Below are positions 36,747 through 45,730 of a stretch of 64,000 nt of DNA, piece by piece. This DNA is from an uncultured Neomegalonema sp. (lineage in GTDB: Bacteria > Pseudomonadota > Alphaproteobacteria > Rhodobacterales > Rhodobacteraceae): NCBI GenBank assembly GCA_937957975.1, contig CALFFK010000088.1, positions 12,758 through 76,757 of the forward strand. Direction: 5' to 3'. The notes under the pieces are model-generated. The model was given only the letters and a program-made list of their open reading frames with translations. It had not been told where the DNA came from and did not search any database. Both the position numbers and the translations under genes were made by a program. Position 1 is the stretch's first letter; every line of letters begins with the position of its first letter.

Positions 36747-38048
36747 TCATTCTGCCGCCACTGCGCCCGGATTGTTCGGGTGGCCAGTCCAGTCGCCATG
36801 ATCTGCTTCGACCACCCGCCCTGTGCGTTCGTCTGTGGTTCCGGGCGTAAGGCGTTCCATCGTTATGCAGTTCTCTACCGGGCAAACATTGACGCAGAGA
36901 TTGCAGGCGACGCATTCAGCGTCGATGACTTCGAACGTCCGGTCTGCGCTCATCGAAATCGCCTGATGCGACGTGTCCTCACAGGCGGCATAGCAGCGCC
37001 CGCATTTGATGCATTGATCCTGATCGATGCGGGCCTTGGTGACGTAGTTGAGGTTCAGATATTGCCAATCGGTCACGTTCGGTACGGCCATCCCGCTGAA
37101 AGCTGCCGTGTCCGCATAGCCTTTTTCGTCCATCCAGTCGGACAGGCCGGTAATCATTTCTTGCACGACCTTGAAGCCATAAGTCATGGCGGCGGTACAA
37201 ACCTGTACGTTTCCAGACCCCAGAGCGATGAATTCCGCCGCATCGCGCCATGTCGTTACCCCGCCAATGCCACTGATCGGCATTCCGCGTGTTTCGGCGT
37301 CGCGGGCAATTTCTGCCACCATGTTCAATGCGATGGGCTTGACGGCTGGGCCGCAATAGCCGCCGTGCGATCCCTTGCCGTCGATGGTTGGTTCAGGCGC
37401 CATCAGGTCGAGATTGACACTGGTAATCGAAGAGACGGTGTTGATGAGGCTGACTGCATCGGCCCCCCCCGCCTTCGCTGCCCGTGCGGGATAGCGTATA
37501 TCGGTGATGTTTGGGGTCAGCTTGACGATGACCGGCATCCGGGTCGCCGCCTTGCACCAGCGCGCAACCATCTCGATGTATTCCGGCACTTGTCCGACAG
37601 CCGATCCCATGCCCCGCTCGCTCATGCCATGGGGACAACCGAAGTTCAGCTCGATACCATCCGCTCCGGTATCCTCGACCTGTTTGAGGATCTCGGTCCA
37701 GCAGACCTCTTCACACGGCACCATCAGAGAGACGACCATGGCCCGGTCGGGCCAGTCCCGCTTGACGGCCTTGATCTCGTCCAGGTTGGTCTGGAGGGGA
37801 CGATCAGTAATGAGTTCGATATTGTTGATGCCAAGAACGCGCCGGTCGGCCCCGTAAACCACGCCGTAACGTGGCCCGTTGACATTGACCACATGCGGGT
37901 CCAGCCCAAGCGTCTTCCATACCACGCCGCCCCATCCGGCTTCGAAGGCGCGGCGGACATTATATTCCTTATCGGTTGGTGGTGCAGAGGCGAGCCAGAA
38001 CGGATTCGGGGATTTAATCCCGACGAAATCGTTGCGCAGGTCAGCCAT
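36747..38048 (-). CDS. preA: NAD-dependent dihydropyrimidine dehydrogenase subunit PreA (DHOD-like + 2x[4Fe-4S])
   Basis: A DHOD-fold N-terminus and two ferredoxin motifs, 'CIKCGRCYAACE' and 'CVACNLCVNVCP'. Confidence 0.92.
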   Translation of the reverse strand: MADLRNDFVGIKSPNPFWLASAPPTDKEYNVRRAFEAGWGGVVWKTLGLDPHVVNVNGPRYGVVYGADRRVLGINNIELITDRPLQTNLDEIKAVKRDWPDRAMVVSLMVPCEEVCWTEILKQVEDTGADGIELNFGCPHGMSERGMGSAVGQVPEYIEMVARWCKAATRMPVIVKLTPNITDIRYPARAAKAGGADAVSLINTVSSITSVNLDLMAPEPTIDGKGSHGGYCGPAVKPIALNMVAEIARDAETRGMPISGIGGVTTWRDAAEFIALGSGNVQVCTAAMTYGFKVVQEMITGLSDWMDEKGYADTAAFSGMAVPNVTDWQYLNLNYVTKARIDQDQCIKCGRCYAACEDTSHQAISMSADRTFEVIDAECVACNLCVNVCPVENCITMERLTPGTTDERTGRVVEADHGDWTGHPNNPGAVAAE

Positions 38049-38066
38049 GGATCGTCCTCCTCGCAG

Positions 38067-38558
38067 TCATCTTGCAATCAGGGTTTTTGAATTGCGTAGC
38101 TGGTAGGCATTGCCATCATAAGCATAGGTGTCTGCAATAATGCCGCCCCGGCCCCGGCTTTCGAATACCAGATCACGCCAACCGTTTGTGCGTTCGGGCA
38201 GCGCGCGGAAATTATGAGCGGCAGTGGAGAGTACCGCGCGGCGTTCGGGTGGGCCTTGATAGATCACCCATGCGCATATGGCGGCCCCGTTTGAGCAGGT
38301 CAGCGGTGTAACAAGCTGCACCGCATGTTCCCTGTTCCCATCGCCATCAAGATCAATGTTCGCGAGGTAGGCGTCGGAACGATGGGGCGCCAACGCTTCG
38401 TCATCCAGATCAAGCGTATCAGCCAGAAAGGACACGGCAGTTCCGCTGAGTGTGACGGAGCGAACGCTCTGCGCATCGGCGTCGTCCAATGAAAGGAACG
38501 TGACGGCACAAACAACACCCATGACGTGTTGGATAAAGGACCATGTAGAATCAGACAT
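38067..38558 (-). CDS. Hypothetical protein (possible exported, DxDxDG-like motif)
   Basis: An ORF sitting between DUF1428 and preA. It contains 'NIDLDGDGN'. No family was recognised and the start is uncertain. Confidence 0.45.
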   Translation of the reverse strand: MSDSTWSFIQHVMGVVCAVTFLSLDDADAQSVRSVTLSGTAVSFLADTLDLDDEALAPHRSDAYLANIDLDGDGNREHAVQLVTPLTCSNGAAICAWVIYQGPPERRAVLSTAAHNFRALPERTNGWRDLVFESRGRGGIIADTYAYDGNAYQLRNSKTLIAR

Positions 38559-38895
38559 CGACCACCATTTCGAATCCACCAAAAATCATGCGTTTTGTGT
38601 CGAAGGGCATGTCGCCACCCATACGTGGGTCAGACATTGCTTTTTGCATTCCCGCATCGGCAGCTTCCTTCGAAGGCCAGACCATCCACGAGAACACAAC
38701 CGTTTCGTCTTCGTTGCATTCCACAGCCTTCGGAAACGAGGTCAGTTTGCCTGACGGCACTTGATCGCCCCAGCAATCGACGACCTGTAACGCCCCGTGT
38801 TCGCGAAAAATCGCGGCCATTGCGCCTGATTTTTCCACATATGCATCCCGATTTACGGTGGGGACGGGGATGACGGCACCGTGGACATAGGCCAT
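38551..38895 (-). CDS. DUF1428-family protein
   Basis: 'MAYVHGAVIPVPTVNRDAY' and 'VVFSWMVWPSKEAADAGMQK' are typical of DUF1428. Length is 114 aa. Confidence 0.7.
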   Translation of the reverse strand: MAYVHGAVIPVPTVNRDAYVEKSGAMAAIFREHGALQVVDCWGDQVPSGKLTSFPKAVECNEDETVVFSWMVWPSKEAADAGMQKAMSDPRMGGDMPFDTKRMIFGGFEMVVDV

Positions 38896-38908
38896 GTTGG
38901 TCTCCTGT

Positions 38909-40231
38909 TCAGATGCTCAACGCACGGTGAATACTCTCTGCCGCATCGCGGCCTTCCGCAACTGCTGTGACAGTCAGGTCTTCGCCACCCGCTGCACAAT
39001 CGCCCCCTGCCCAGATGCCGGGGATCGAGGTGCGCCCTTCTGTATCCACGCGGATCTTGCCGCGTTCGAGATCAAGGGCCGCTGCCTGTGTGTCCTGATA
39101 GGTCTGGCCGATGGCGCGGAATACCTGATCGGCTTCCAGCATGAAGGTTTCGCCCGTACCCTTCAGGCCGTCTGCCGTTTCTTTCGTATATTCGAATTCC
39201 ACGCCCCCCGCTGCGCCGCGTACTGGCATTGCATTACAAATGAGGCGCACCCCTGCGCTTGTGGCGTGGTCCTGCTCATGGCGGCTGGCACTCATGCGAT
39301 CCTGTCCCCGGCGATAGACGATGGTGACGTCTTCAGCCCCCAGCAATCTGGATTGCACGGCGGCATCCACGGCGGTCATCCCGCCGCCGATTACCACCAC
39401 GCGCCGTCCAATCGGCAAATGAGAAAGATCGTCGGACTGGCGTAGCTCAGCGATGAAATCGACTGCATTGCTGATCCGGTCATCCGCACCCTCCAGCGTA
39501 AGGGCATTCACCCCGGACAATCCCATACCGAGGAACACTGCATCGTAATCGCTGCGCAGTTCCTCAAGCGTGTAGTCGCGCCCCAGAACTGAGCCGGTCT
39601 CAATGCGAATACCGCCGATTTTCAACAACCATTCCACTTCGGCCTGTGCGAAATTATCCACCGTTTTGTAAATGGCGATCCCGTATTCATTCAGGCCACC
39701 CGGTTTGCCCCGCGCATCGGTTACGATGACTGTATGCCCGTACATGGCAAGGCGGTGCGCACAGGCGAGTCCCGCCGGACCCGCGCCGATTACAGCGATG
39801 ATCTTGCCAGTCGGCTCTGCCCGCGTGAAGGGATGCGTGCCTGTCGCCATCAGCGTATCGGTGGCAAAACGTTGCAGCGCGCCAATCTCTACCGGCTTGC
39901 CTTCGGCCATTTCACGCACGCAGGCTTCTTCGCACAGTGTTTCTGTCGGGCAGACACGCGCGCACATACCGCCAAGAATATTCTGATTCAGGATGGTCTT
40001 GGCGGCCCCTTTCGGGTTGTCCGCTTGTATCTGGCGAATGAACAGCGGGATGTCGATTTCGGTTGGACAAGCCGCAATGCAGGGGGCGTCATGGCAGAAA
40101 TAGCAACGGTCAGCAGCCACCAGCGCCTCATGTGCATCCAGTGGCGGATAGGCATCCGTGAAATTCTCAGCGTAGGCTTCGGGCGCAAGCCGCCCTGCCA
40201 CGATCCCGTCCTGTCGCTGTGCCGCACTCAT
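38909..40231 (-). CDS. preT: Dihydropyrimidine dehydrogenase subunit PreT (GltD-like NAD(P)H oxidoreductase)
   Basis: N-terminal Fe-S Cys cluster 'CYFCHDAPCIAACP', dinucleotide folds 'VIGAGPAGLACA' and 'VIGGGMTAVD'. An SD (aaaggagg) precedes ATG 40231. Confidence 0.9.
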   Translation of the reverse strand: MSAAQRQDGIVAGRLAPEAYAENFTDAYPPLDAHEALVAADRCYFCHDAPCIAACPTEIDIPLFIRQIQADNPKGAAKTILNQNILGGMCARVCPTETLCEEACVREMAEGKPVEIGALQRFATDTLMATGTHPFTRAEPTGKIIAVIGAGPAGLACAHRLAMYGHTVIVTDARGKPGGLNEYGIAIYKTVDNFAQAEVEWLLKIGGIRIETGSVLGRDYTLEELRSDYDAVFLGMGLSGVNALTLEGADDRISNAVDFIAELRQSDDLSHLPIGRRVVVIGGGMTAVDAAVQSRLLGAEDVTIVYRRGQDRMSASRHEQDHATSAGVRLICNAMPVRGAAGGVEFEYTKETADGLKGTGETFMLEADQVFRAIGQTYQDTQAAALDLERGKIRVDTEGRTSIPGIWAGGDCAAGGEDLTVTAVAEGRDAAESIHRALSI

Positions 40232-40279
40232 CCCATCGCCTCCTTTGGTCACTTCAAAATGCTTGCACAATCGTATAAT

Positions 40280-40295
40280 TTTATCAATTGGTAAA
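40280..40295. promoter_or_regulatory. Candidate RutR-like operator upstream of preT
   Basis: The near-palindrome TTTATCAATTGGTAAA matches TTGACCAnnTGGTCAA at 11 of 14 positions. It lies 49 nt upstream of the preT ATG. Confidence 0.35.
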
Positions 40296-40303
40296 ATTAT
40301 TTG

Positions 40304-41392
40304 CTAAATGGCGAACGCTGACAACTTTTGCCAATTGAAAGTTACCCCTGTTCCTGGCGCTTCCGGCGCGATGGCGCGGGCGTTTTCTATGACCAGCGTA
40401 TGTGTCGTGTATTCGTCGATTGGAAAGCTGTGTACCTCAAGCCAACCGCCGTCGCCATTACCGGAGATCAGGCTGACATTCAGTTCCTGCATCCCGTGGG
40501 TACAGCAAGGGATGCCTTGTTCCCGTGCCATCCCTGCAACTTTCATCCAGGCGGTGATCCCGCCGCAATTGCCGGAATCCGGTTGGATGAATGACAAGCG
40601 CGACCGGGCAAAGGCTTCTTCGAATTCTTCGATGGTATGCAGATTTTCTCCCATAGCGAGCGGTATCCCGGTTTCTTCGGCAATCCGCCTGAATCCATCA
40701 TAATCGTCAGGGATTACCGGTTCCTCAAACCATGTAATATCATATGGTATGAAGGCCTGTGCGGCGGCGATCGCTTGTTCGACACTCAGTCCGTAATTTG
40801 CATCAACCATCAACTTTCGGTCCGGCCCGATCAGGTTGCGTATCGCGGCTACACGCATCACATCCTCGGAAAGATCGGGCAAACCTACCTTGATTTTCAC
40901 CGCATCGAAGCCTTGTGCGAGATACCCCTCCACATTGGATTTCAGCTTTTTCAGCGAAAACCCCAGATCAATTCCCCCCGCATAGGCATTGCAGGTTTTA
41001 CCGGCCCCTCCAGCCATAACCGAAAGCGGTTCCCCCCGCGCCTTGCCGCGTAAATCCCACAAGGCAATATCCAGTGCTGAAATTGCAAAGGACGCAATGC
41101 CACCCCGCCCGACATAATGCACGTGCCAGTACATCGCTTCGTTCAGTGCCTCGACTTCGCGGGCATCGGACCCTGACAACATTGGCGCAAGATCATGCTC
41201 AATCATTGCCCGGATCGCATGGCCACCCTTACCGCCCGTATAGGTATAGCCGGTTCCCTCCTGCCCATCAGTGGTGCGGATGGTGGTTGTCACCAATTCG
41301 AAATGCGTATGATCGCCATGTTTGGCATCGCTCAACACTTCGGCGAGGGGGACATGGAAAAGGCGAGTCTCGATATTGTTGATGGTTGTCAT
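40304..41392 (-). CDS. Enolase-superfamily enzyme (mandelate racemase/muconate lactonizing family, acid-sugar dehydratase-like)
   Basis: Metal and acid-base motifs 'AVKIKVG', 'MVDANYG', 'WFEEPV' and 'AMGENL'. The start is at Met 41392; the ORF-track extension to 41590 was rejected. Confidence 0.85.
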   Translation of the reverse strand: MTTINNIETRLFHVPLAEVLSDAKHGDHTHFELVTTTIRTTDGQEGTGYTYTGGKGGHAIRAMIEHDLAPMLSGSDAREVEALNEAMYWHVHYVGRGGIASFAISALDIALWDLRGKARGEPLSVMAGGAGKTCNAYAGGIDLGFSLKKLKSNVEGYLAQGFDAVKIKVGLPDLSEDVMRVAAIRNLIGPDRKLMVDANYGLSVEQAIAAAQAFIPYDITWFEEPVIPDDYDGFRRIAEETGIPLAMGENLHTIEEFEEAFARSRLSFIQPDSGNCGGITAWMKVAGMAREQGIPCCTHGMQELNVSLISGNGDGGWLEVHSFPIDEYTTHTLVIENARAIAPEAPGTGVTFNWQKLSAFAI

Positions 41393-41469
41393 ATCATTGC
41401 TCCGGACTGGCAGGATCGCGACTTTGCCTCTACAGCGGTATCGCGACAAGAGGACAAAGGGAGATGCGC

Positions 41470-42861
41470 ATGGCGGTCGGATTGATCGGACTGGGAGTGA
41501 TGGGGCGCAACCTTGCCCTGAACTGGCGCGATGCGGGACACGAAGTCGTGGCGACCGATAGCTGGGCGACGGCGCGGGCATGGCGGGCAAAGGGCGTGAT
41601 GGTCTGCGATGACTTACCGTTTATGATTGCCGCGCTTCCCGCTCCCCGTGTCATTTTGTTGATGGTCAAAGCAGGCGAGCATGTCGATTTCGAGATCGCG
41701 AATCTCGTTCAGCATCTTGGTGCCGGTGACACTATTCTTGATGGTGGTAACTCGCATTATCGCGATACCGAGCGTCGTGCGGCATCGCTTGCCGCGCATG
41801 GGATCGGGTATCTTGGGGTCGGCGTATCAGGCGGCGCAGAAGGTGCGCGGCATGGGGCAGCACTGATGGTGGGCGGCGCGCCTGAAACATGGAATCGTGC
41901 GCGTCCTATTCTGAAATCTGTCGCTGCAACAGCCCATGACGGTATCCTGACCGTTGACCGCTTTGGGGATGGTGGGGCGGGTCATTTCGTCAAGATGGTT
42001 CATAATGGCATCGAATACGCGATCATGCAGGCCATCGCGGAATGCCATCTGCTGCTGACCCAGGGCGCGGGTGTGGGCGCAGATGAAGTGGCCGCGATCT
42101 TCAAGCGGTGGAACGCGGGGCGCGGGGCTGGTTTTCTATTGGAAATCTCTGCTGAAATTGCCAATGCTGTTGATCCGGCGGGGCAGGGCGTTCTTATCGA
42201 TCATGTCGCTGATATTGCAGGTCAGAAAGGCACTGGTGGCTGGACTGTCGATGCCGCGATTGAACATGGCATTGCGATTCCCTCGATCATCGAGGCTGTC
42301 GTTGCGCGTCAGCTTTCGGGCGAAGGGATGGCGCGGACGACAATGGCTGATCTTGCCTTGCCGCGCGAAGCGTTGTCACAGGACGGACTGGCCGATGATC
42401 TGGAAGCGGCCCTGACCGGCACGATGATCGCCGCCTTATCGCAAGGCATCCATCTCTACGCCGTTGCAGCGAGGGCAAACGGTTGGGATACTGATCTGGC
42501 CCGCGTATTGCGCGTTTGGCGGGCGGGCAGCATTCTGCGGATGGACCTGCTCGACACTCTCGCACAACACGTATCCGATGAGATGCGTTTGCCGCTCGAA
42601 AATCCGGTTATTGCCCAGGATATTGCCGCCCTCGTCCCCGCATGGCGGCGTGTAATTGGCCGCGCGATAGCCGCCGGATACCCTGTTGGGGTTCTGGGCA
42701 GCACACTCTCTTATGTCGAGGCGTTTGCCACCAAAACCTTGTCTACTGCGATGATCCAGGCCCAGCGTGATCGCTTTGGCGCACATGGTTTTGCTCGCAC
42801 GGATCAAGAGGGGCGACACCACGGCCCATGGATTTTCCCCGATGCAGAAGCGGACGCATGA
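41470..42861 (+). CDS. gnd: 6-phosphogluconate dehydrogenase (decarboxylating)
   Basis: 'GLIGLGVMGRNLALN', 'GGNSHYRDT' and 'GVSGGAEGA'. The start is 41464 or 41470, following an SD (aagggag). Confidence 0.9.
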   Translation: MAVGLIGLGVMGRNLALNWRDAGHEVVATDSWATARAWRAKGVMVCDDLPFMIAALPAPRVILLMVKAGEHVDFEIANLVQHLGAGDTILDGGNSHYRDTERRAASLAAHGIGYLGVGVSGGAEGARHGAALMVGGAPETWNRARPILKSVAATAHDGILTVDRFGDGGAGHFVKMVHNGIEYAIMQAIAECHLLLTQGAGVGADEVAAIFKRWNAGRGAGFLLEISAEIANAVDPAGQGVLIDHVADIAGQKGTGGWTVDAAIEHGIAIPSIIEAVVARQLSGEGMARTTMADLALPREALSQDGLADDLEAALTGTMIAALSQGIHLYAVAARANGWDTDLARVLRVWRAGSILRMDLLDTLAQHVSDEMRLPLENPVIAQDIAALVPAWRRVIGRAIAAGYPVGVLGSTLSYVEAFATKTLSTAMIQAQRDRFGAHGFARTDQEGRHHGPWIFPDAEADA

Positions 42862-43352
42862 TCGTTGTCGTGATGGGAGTCTGTGGGTGTGGAAAATCGA
42901 GCGTTGGTGCGCGGTTGGCGCAGCATATGGGCTGTGATCTGATTGAAGGGGATGTCCATCACCCTCCTGCCAATCGCGCGAAGATGACCGCTGGCACTCC
43001 GCTCACCGACGAGGATCGCTGGCCATGGCTTGATCGTCTGGCGCAGGAGATGCGCATTCGCCATCGTGCCGGGAAATCAGCGGTCGTTGCCTGTTCGGCC
43101 CTTAAGGTCGCCTATCGTGACCGCTTGCGTGCCAGTGGCACTGATCCTGTTTTCGTTCATCTTGTGGGCAACCCTGAAATTATCCGTGCTCGCATGGCCG
43201 CCCGCACCGATCACTTCATGCCCCCTGATCTGCTCGACAGCCAACTTGCTACATTGGAGGTGGCGGGGGCCGGTGAAACCCTTCACAATTTTGACGTTAC
43301 GCCGCCGGGTGATGTTGTCGCCGGGCAAATCATCAAGTGGTTGGCGCTGTAA
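42858..43352 (+). CDS. gntK: Gluconokinase
   Basis: P-loop 'GVCGCGKSSVG' and 'EGDVHHPPANRAKM'. There is an ATGA overlap with the gnd stop. Confidence 0.85.
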   Translation: MIVVVMGVCGCGKSSVGARLAQHMGCDLIEGDVHHPPANRAKMTAGTPLTDEDRWPWLDRLAQEMRIRHRAGKSAVVACSALKVAYRDRLRASGTDPVFVHLVGNPEIIRARMAARTDHFMPPDLLDSQLATLEVAGAGETLHNFDVTPPGDVVAGQIIKWLAL

Positions 43353-44055
43353 GATCACCCAGCGATACCCATTTCGCGCCCCGTGCCGTCATCCGCATGG
43401 TGACGGCTTCGACCAGCGCCCAGATTGCGTCGTCATGGACCAGATGATGCGTCATCAACCCGATGGGCGCATCGCTCTCCAGCAAATCGCAGATACGTGC
43501 CACGAACTCCGCCGGATCGACTGCCGAACGGTTGCCGCGCCACTCTATCGGATCGAGGTGTACATCGTAGCGGGGAAGGGGAGAGCGTCGCGGTTCACGC
43601 TCGCCATAGACAGAAAGACCCTGAAATCCGACTTCTGCCAGTGTCTGCGGCATATCTGGCGCAATACGGTTCCATGGCGGAATGAAGACCGGCAACGCAC
43701 GATCTTCAAACAATGCGTTGATCACGCGTAATCCTTGTTCTGCCTCGGCAATCATCTCGGTCAATGGCCGATACGCTCCAAATTCTGCGTTCTTCTCGCC
43801 CTCTGGCGCGTGGTTTGTATGCGCCCAGCCATGTATGGCAACAGCAACAGACGTGTCGCCTCGCAACCGCCGTGCCAACCCTTCTGTTGTCCGTGCCGGG
43901 ATTGAAGCCAGCACCAGCGGAGCCTCTACCGTTGCGGCCAGTGATAGCAGTCGATCCAACGCCGGAGTTGCCTCTACCGCATCGTCATCGCGCCACCACA
44001 GCAATGGCGTATGTCGTTCTAACGCAGCATCCAGGGCCGACCAGTCGATTTTCAT
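43333..44055 (-). CDS. Polysaccharide-deacetylase-like (CE4-like) protein, putative
   Basis: 'WWRDDD' and 'HGWAHTNH' resemble the CE4 Asp and His metal motifs. It is the last gene of the coupled GT cluster. Confidence 0.45.
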   Translation of the reverse strand: MKIDWSALDAALERHTPLLWWRDDDAVEATPALDRLLSLAATVEAPLVLASIPARTTEGLARRLRGDTSVAVAIHGWAHTNHAPEGEKNAEFGAYRPLTEMIAEAEQGLRVINALFEDRALPVFIPPWNRIAPDMPQTLAEVGFQGLSVYGEREPRRSPLPRYDVHLDPIEWRGNRSAVDPAEFVARICDLLESDAPIGLMTHHLVHDDAIWALVEAVTMRMTARGAKWVSLGDLTAPTT

Positions 44056-45158
44056 CCTCGCTCTTTCTGCATCGCTTCGACAATTCTCACACTGCGCGCC
44101 GCGCCATCCAGACTGAGCGCCGAATAATCCGGTTTTTCCCCGGTGAGGGTCAATTGAACCGCCTGCACAAGGGCTTCGCCAGATAAATCACGCTCCCGTA
44201 TCACCCCGGTTCCATATCGCTCTGCCATGGAGCGGGCGCGTTGAAGCTGTTCGGTCTCGCCATCCCCTTCGAAAGGGCAAAAGATCGCCCGCGCCCCTGT
44301 TGCAATCACATCCATCGCGGTGTTGTAGCCGCATTGCAGCACCCCAACCCGACACCGCGACAGCAATGCACGAAAGTCCGGGCGCACCCGTTCCACCAGA
44401 ACATTCGCCAATGGGTTGCCCAATTCCTCATGGTCGGCCCCCACCAGTAATCGCCATTTTACATCGGGCAACGTCTTTGCCGCCTCAATCGCCGCCGCGA
44501 ACATAGTCGCACCAACGGCACCGCCCCCCGCTGCAACCACGATCTCCCCCCGTCCGTCTTTGTTCAGTCCGGCATTGAAAGAGGGGGCACCGATATAGCC
44601 CGTTTCACGCACCAAAAACCGCAAACCTTCGGGCAACGGCCAACTCGCATCCAGCCCGGTCAATGCCGGGTCGCCATGGAAGAGAATTCCGTCATAAAAA
44701 CGCGCAAGCCGCTCTTCTGCTTCTTCTTTTCGCCCTGTTTTACGGGGCAATTGCAGAATATCGCGGATAGAACAAAGGATTAGCGCGCCGGGTGAATCCT
44801 TGATCCCCGCTTCAAATTCATCGGCCAGTTTGCGCCGTCCAAATGGGAAAAGTTCAGTTACGAAGATGTCGGGTTTATAATCCTGCATAGCCTGACGGAT
44901 CGTTGAGATACGGGCGGCAAAGGTCGCTTCTCCGGCTACGTCACCGGTCTTATTGATCAAGGTTGTGAAGCTCGCATCAGAACGAATAGCCGGAATCTGC
45001 TGTAATCGCGCGATCTTTGGTGCGGCCAATGGTGCAGGCATCCCCCCGCTCAGGACCAGCGCTTCATGTCCTGCTATGGCGAAGGCATCCGCAATCTGCG
45101 CAATACGCGCCAAATGCCCCGTGCCGAGCAAATGCGTCACCAGAAACGCAATTCTCAT
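44052..45158 (-). CDS. GT-B glycosyltransferase (MurG/GT28-C-like, 'GTGH' N-terminal loop)
   Basis: 'RIAFLVTHLLGTGHLARI' and a C-terminal 'QCGYNTAMD'. The start, ATG 45158, overlaps the upstream stop. Confidence 0.7.
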   Translation of the reverse strand: MRIAFLVTHLLGTGHLARIAQIADAFAIAGHEALVLSGGMPAPLAAPKIARLQQIPAIRSDASFTTLINKTGDVAGEATFAARISTIRQAMQDYKPDIFVTELFPFGRRKLADEFEAGIKDSPGALILCSIRDILQLPRKTGRKEEAEERLARFYDGILFHGDPALTGLDASWPLPEGLRFLVRETGYIGAPSFNAGLNKDGRGEIVVAAGGGAVGATMFAAAIEAAKTLPDVKWRLLVGADHEELGNPLANVLVERVRPDFRALLSRCRVGVLQCGYNTAMDVIATGARAIFCPFEGDGETEQLQRARSMAERYGTGVIRERDLSGEALVQAVQLTLTGEKPDYSALSLDGAARSVRIVEAMQKERG

Positions 45159-45730
45159 CGTGCTACCAAGCGTACAGGCTCCCCTTCCAGCACCCAGTTT
45201 TCGCCTTCGCGGCGCAACACGTAGAGCCGGTTCCGTTTGATCCTGAACGGCATCTCCCCGTCGAAATGCCAATCATATGCCTTGGCCAAAAGAACCCGCA
45301 TAATGTTGATATGGCTGACGATCACTGTATCCCGTTCCAATCCCGTCAGCACTGGCTCAACCCGTGTCAACAACTCGCGCGGTGTTTCGCCATTTGGGGG
45401 GCGGCCATCCCATCCCCATTCTTCCACATGCCGGTACCCGCTTTTCGGGTCATCCAGTAGATCGACTCCGCGTTTTCCTTCCCAGTCCCCCAGGTCCAGT
45501 TCGATCAATGCCGTATCTTCTCGGACAAAATTTTCCGTAAGAATATCTGCTGTCTCCCGCGCCCTCTTCAATGGGCTGGATAGAATGTCTGCATCTTTCC
45601 ATGAGGGGGGAAGCGCGAGGCCACCAAGCCGTTCTCTTTCTGCTTCTGACAGTGGAATATCAGAACGTCCCTGTAACCGCCCCGCATCGTTCCATTCCGT
45701 GCGCCCATGACGTATCAGGCCGATCTTCAT
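45155..45730 (-). CDS. Histidine phosphatase (phosphoglycerate-mutase-like) family protein
   Basis: Catalytic 'LIRHGRTEWN' and a distal 'VSH'. Length is 191 aa. Confidence 0.85.
   Translation of the reverse strand: MKIGLIRHGRTEWNDAGRLQGRSDIPLSEAERERLGGLALPPSWKDADILSSPLKRARETADILTENFVREDTALIELDLGDWEGKRGVDLLDDPKSGYRHVEEWGWDGRPPNGETPRELLTRVEPVLTGLERDTVIVSHINIMRVLLAKAYDWHFDGEMPFRIKRNRLYVLRREGENWVLEGEPVRLVAR

Noticed and set aside
36729-38090. A 453-aa plus-strand ORF covering the whole preA region. Similar long antisense ORFs occur at 59224..60702 (492 aa, opposite nrdJ), 2280..3227, 20023..20685 and 53334..54071.
   Set aside because: Each lies exactly antisense to a gene with unambiguous family motifs. 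The translations are Arg/Gly/His-rich, low in complexity and carry no motifs. This is the usual stop-codon depletion on the antisense strand of GC-rich coding DNA.
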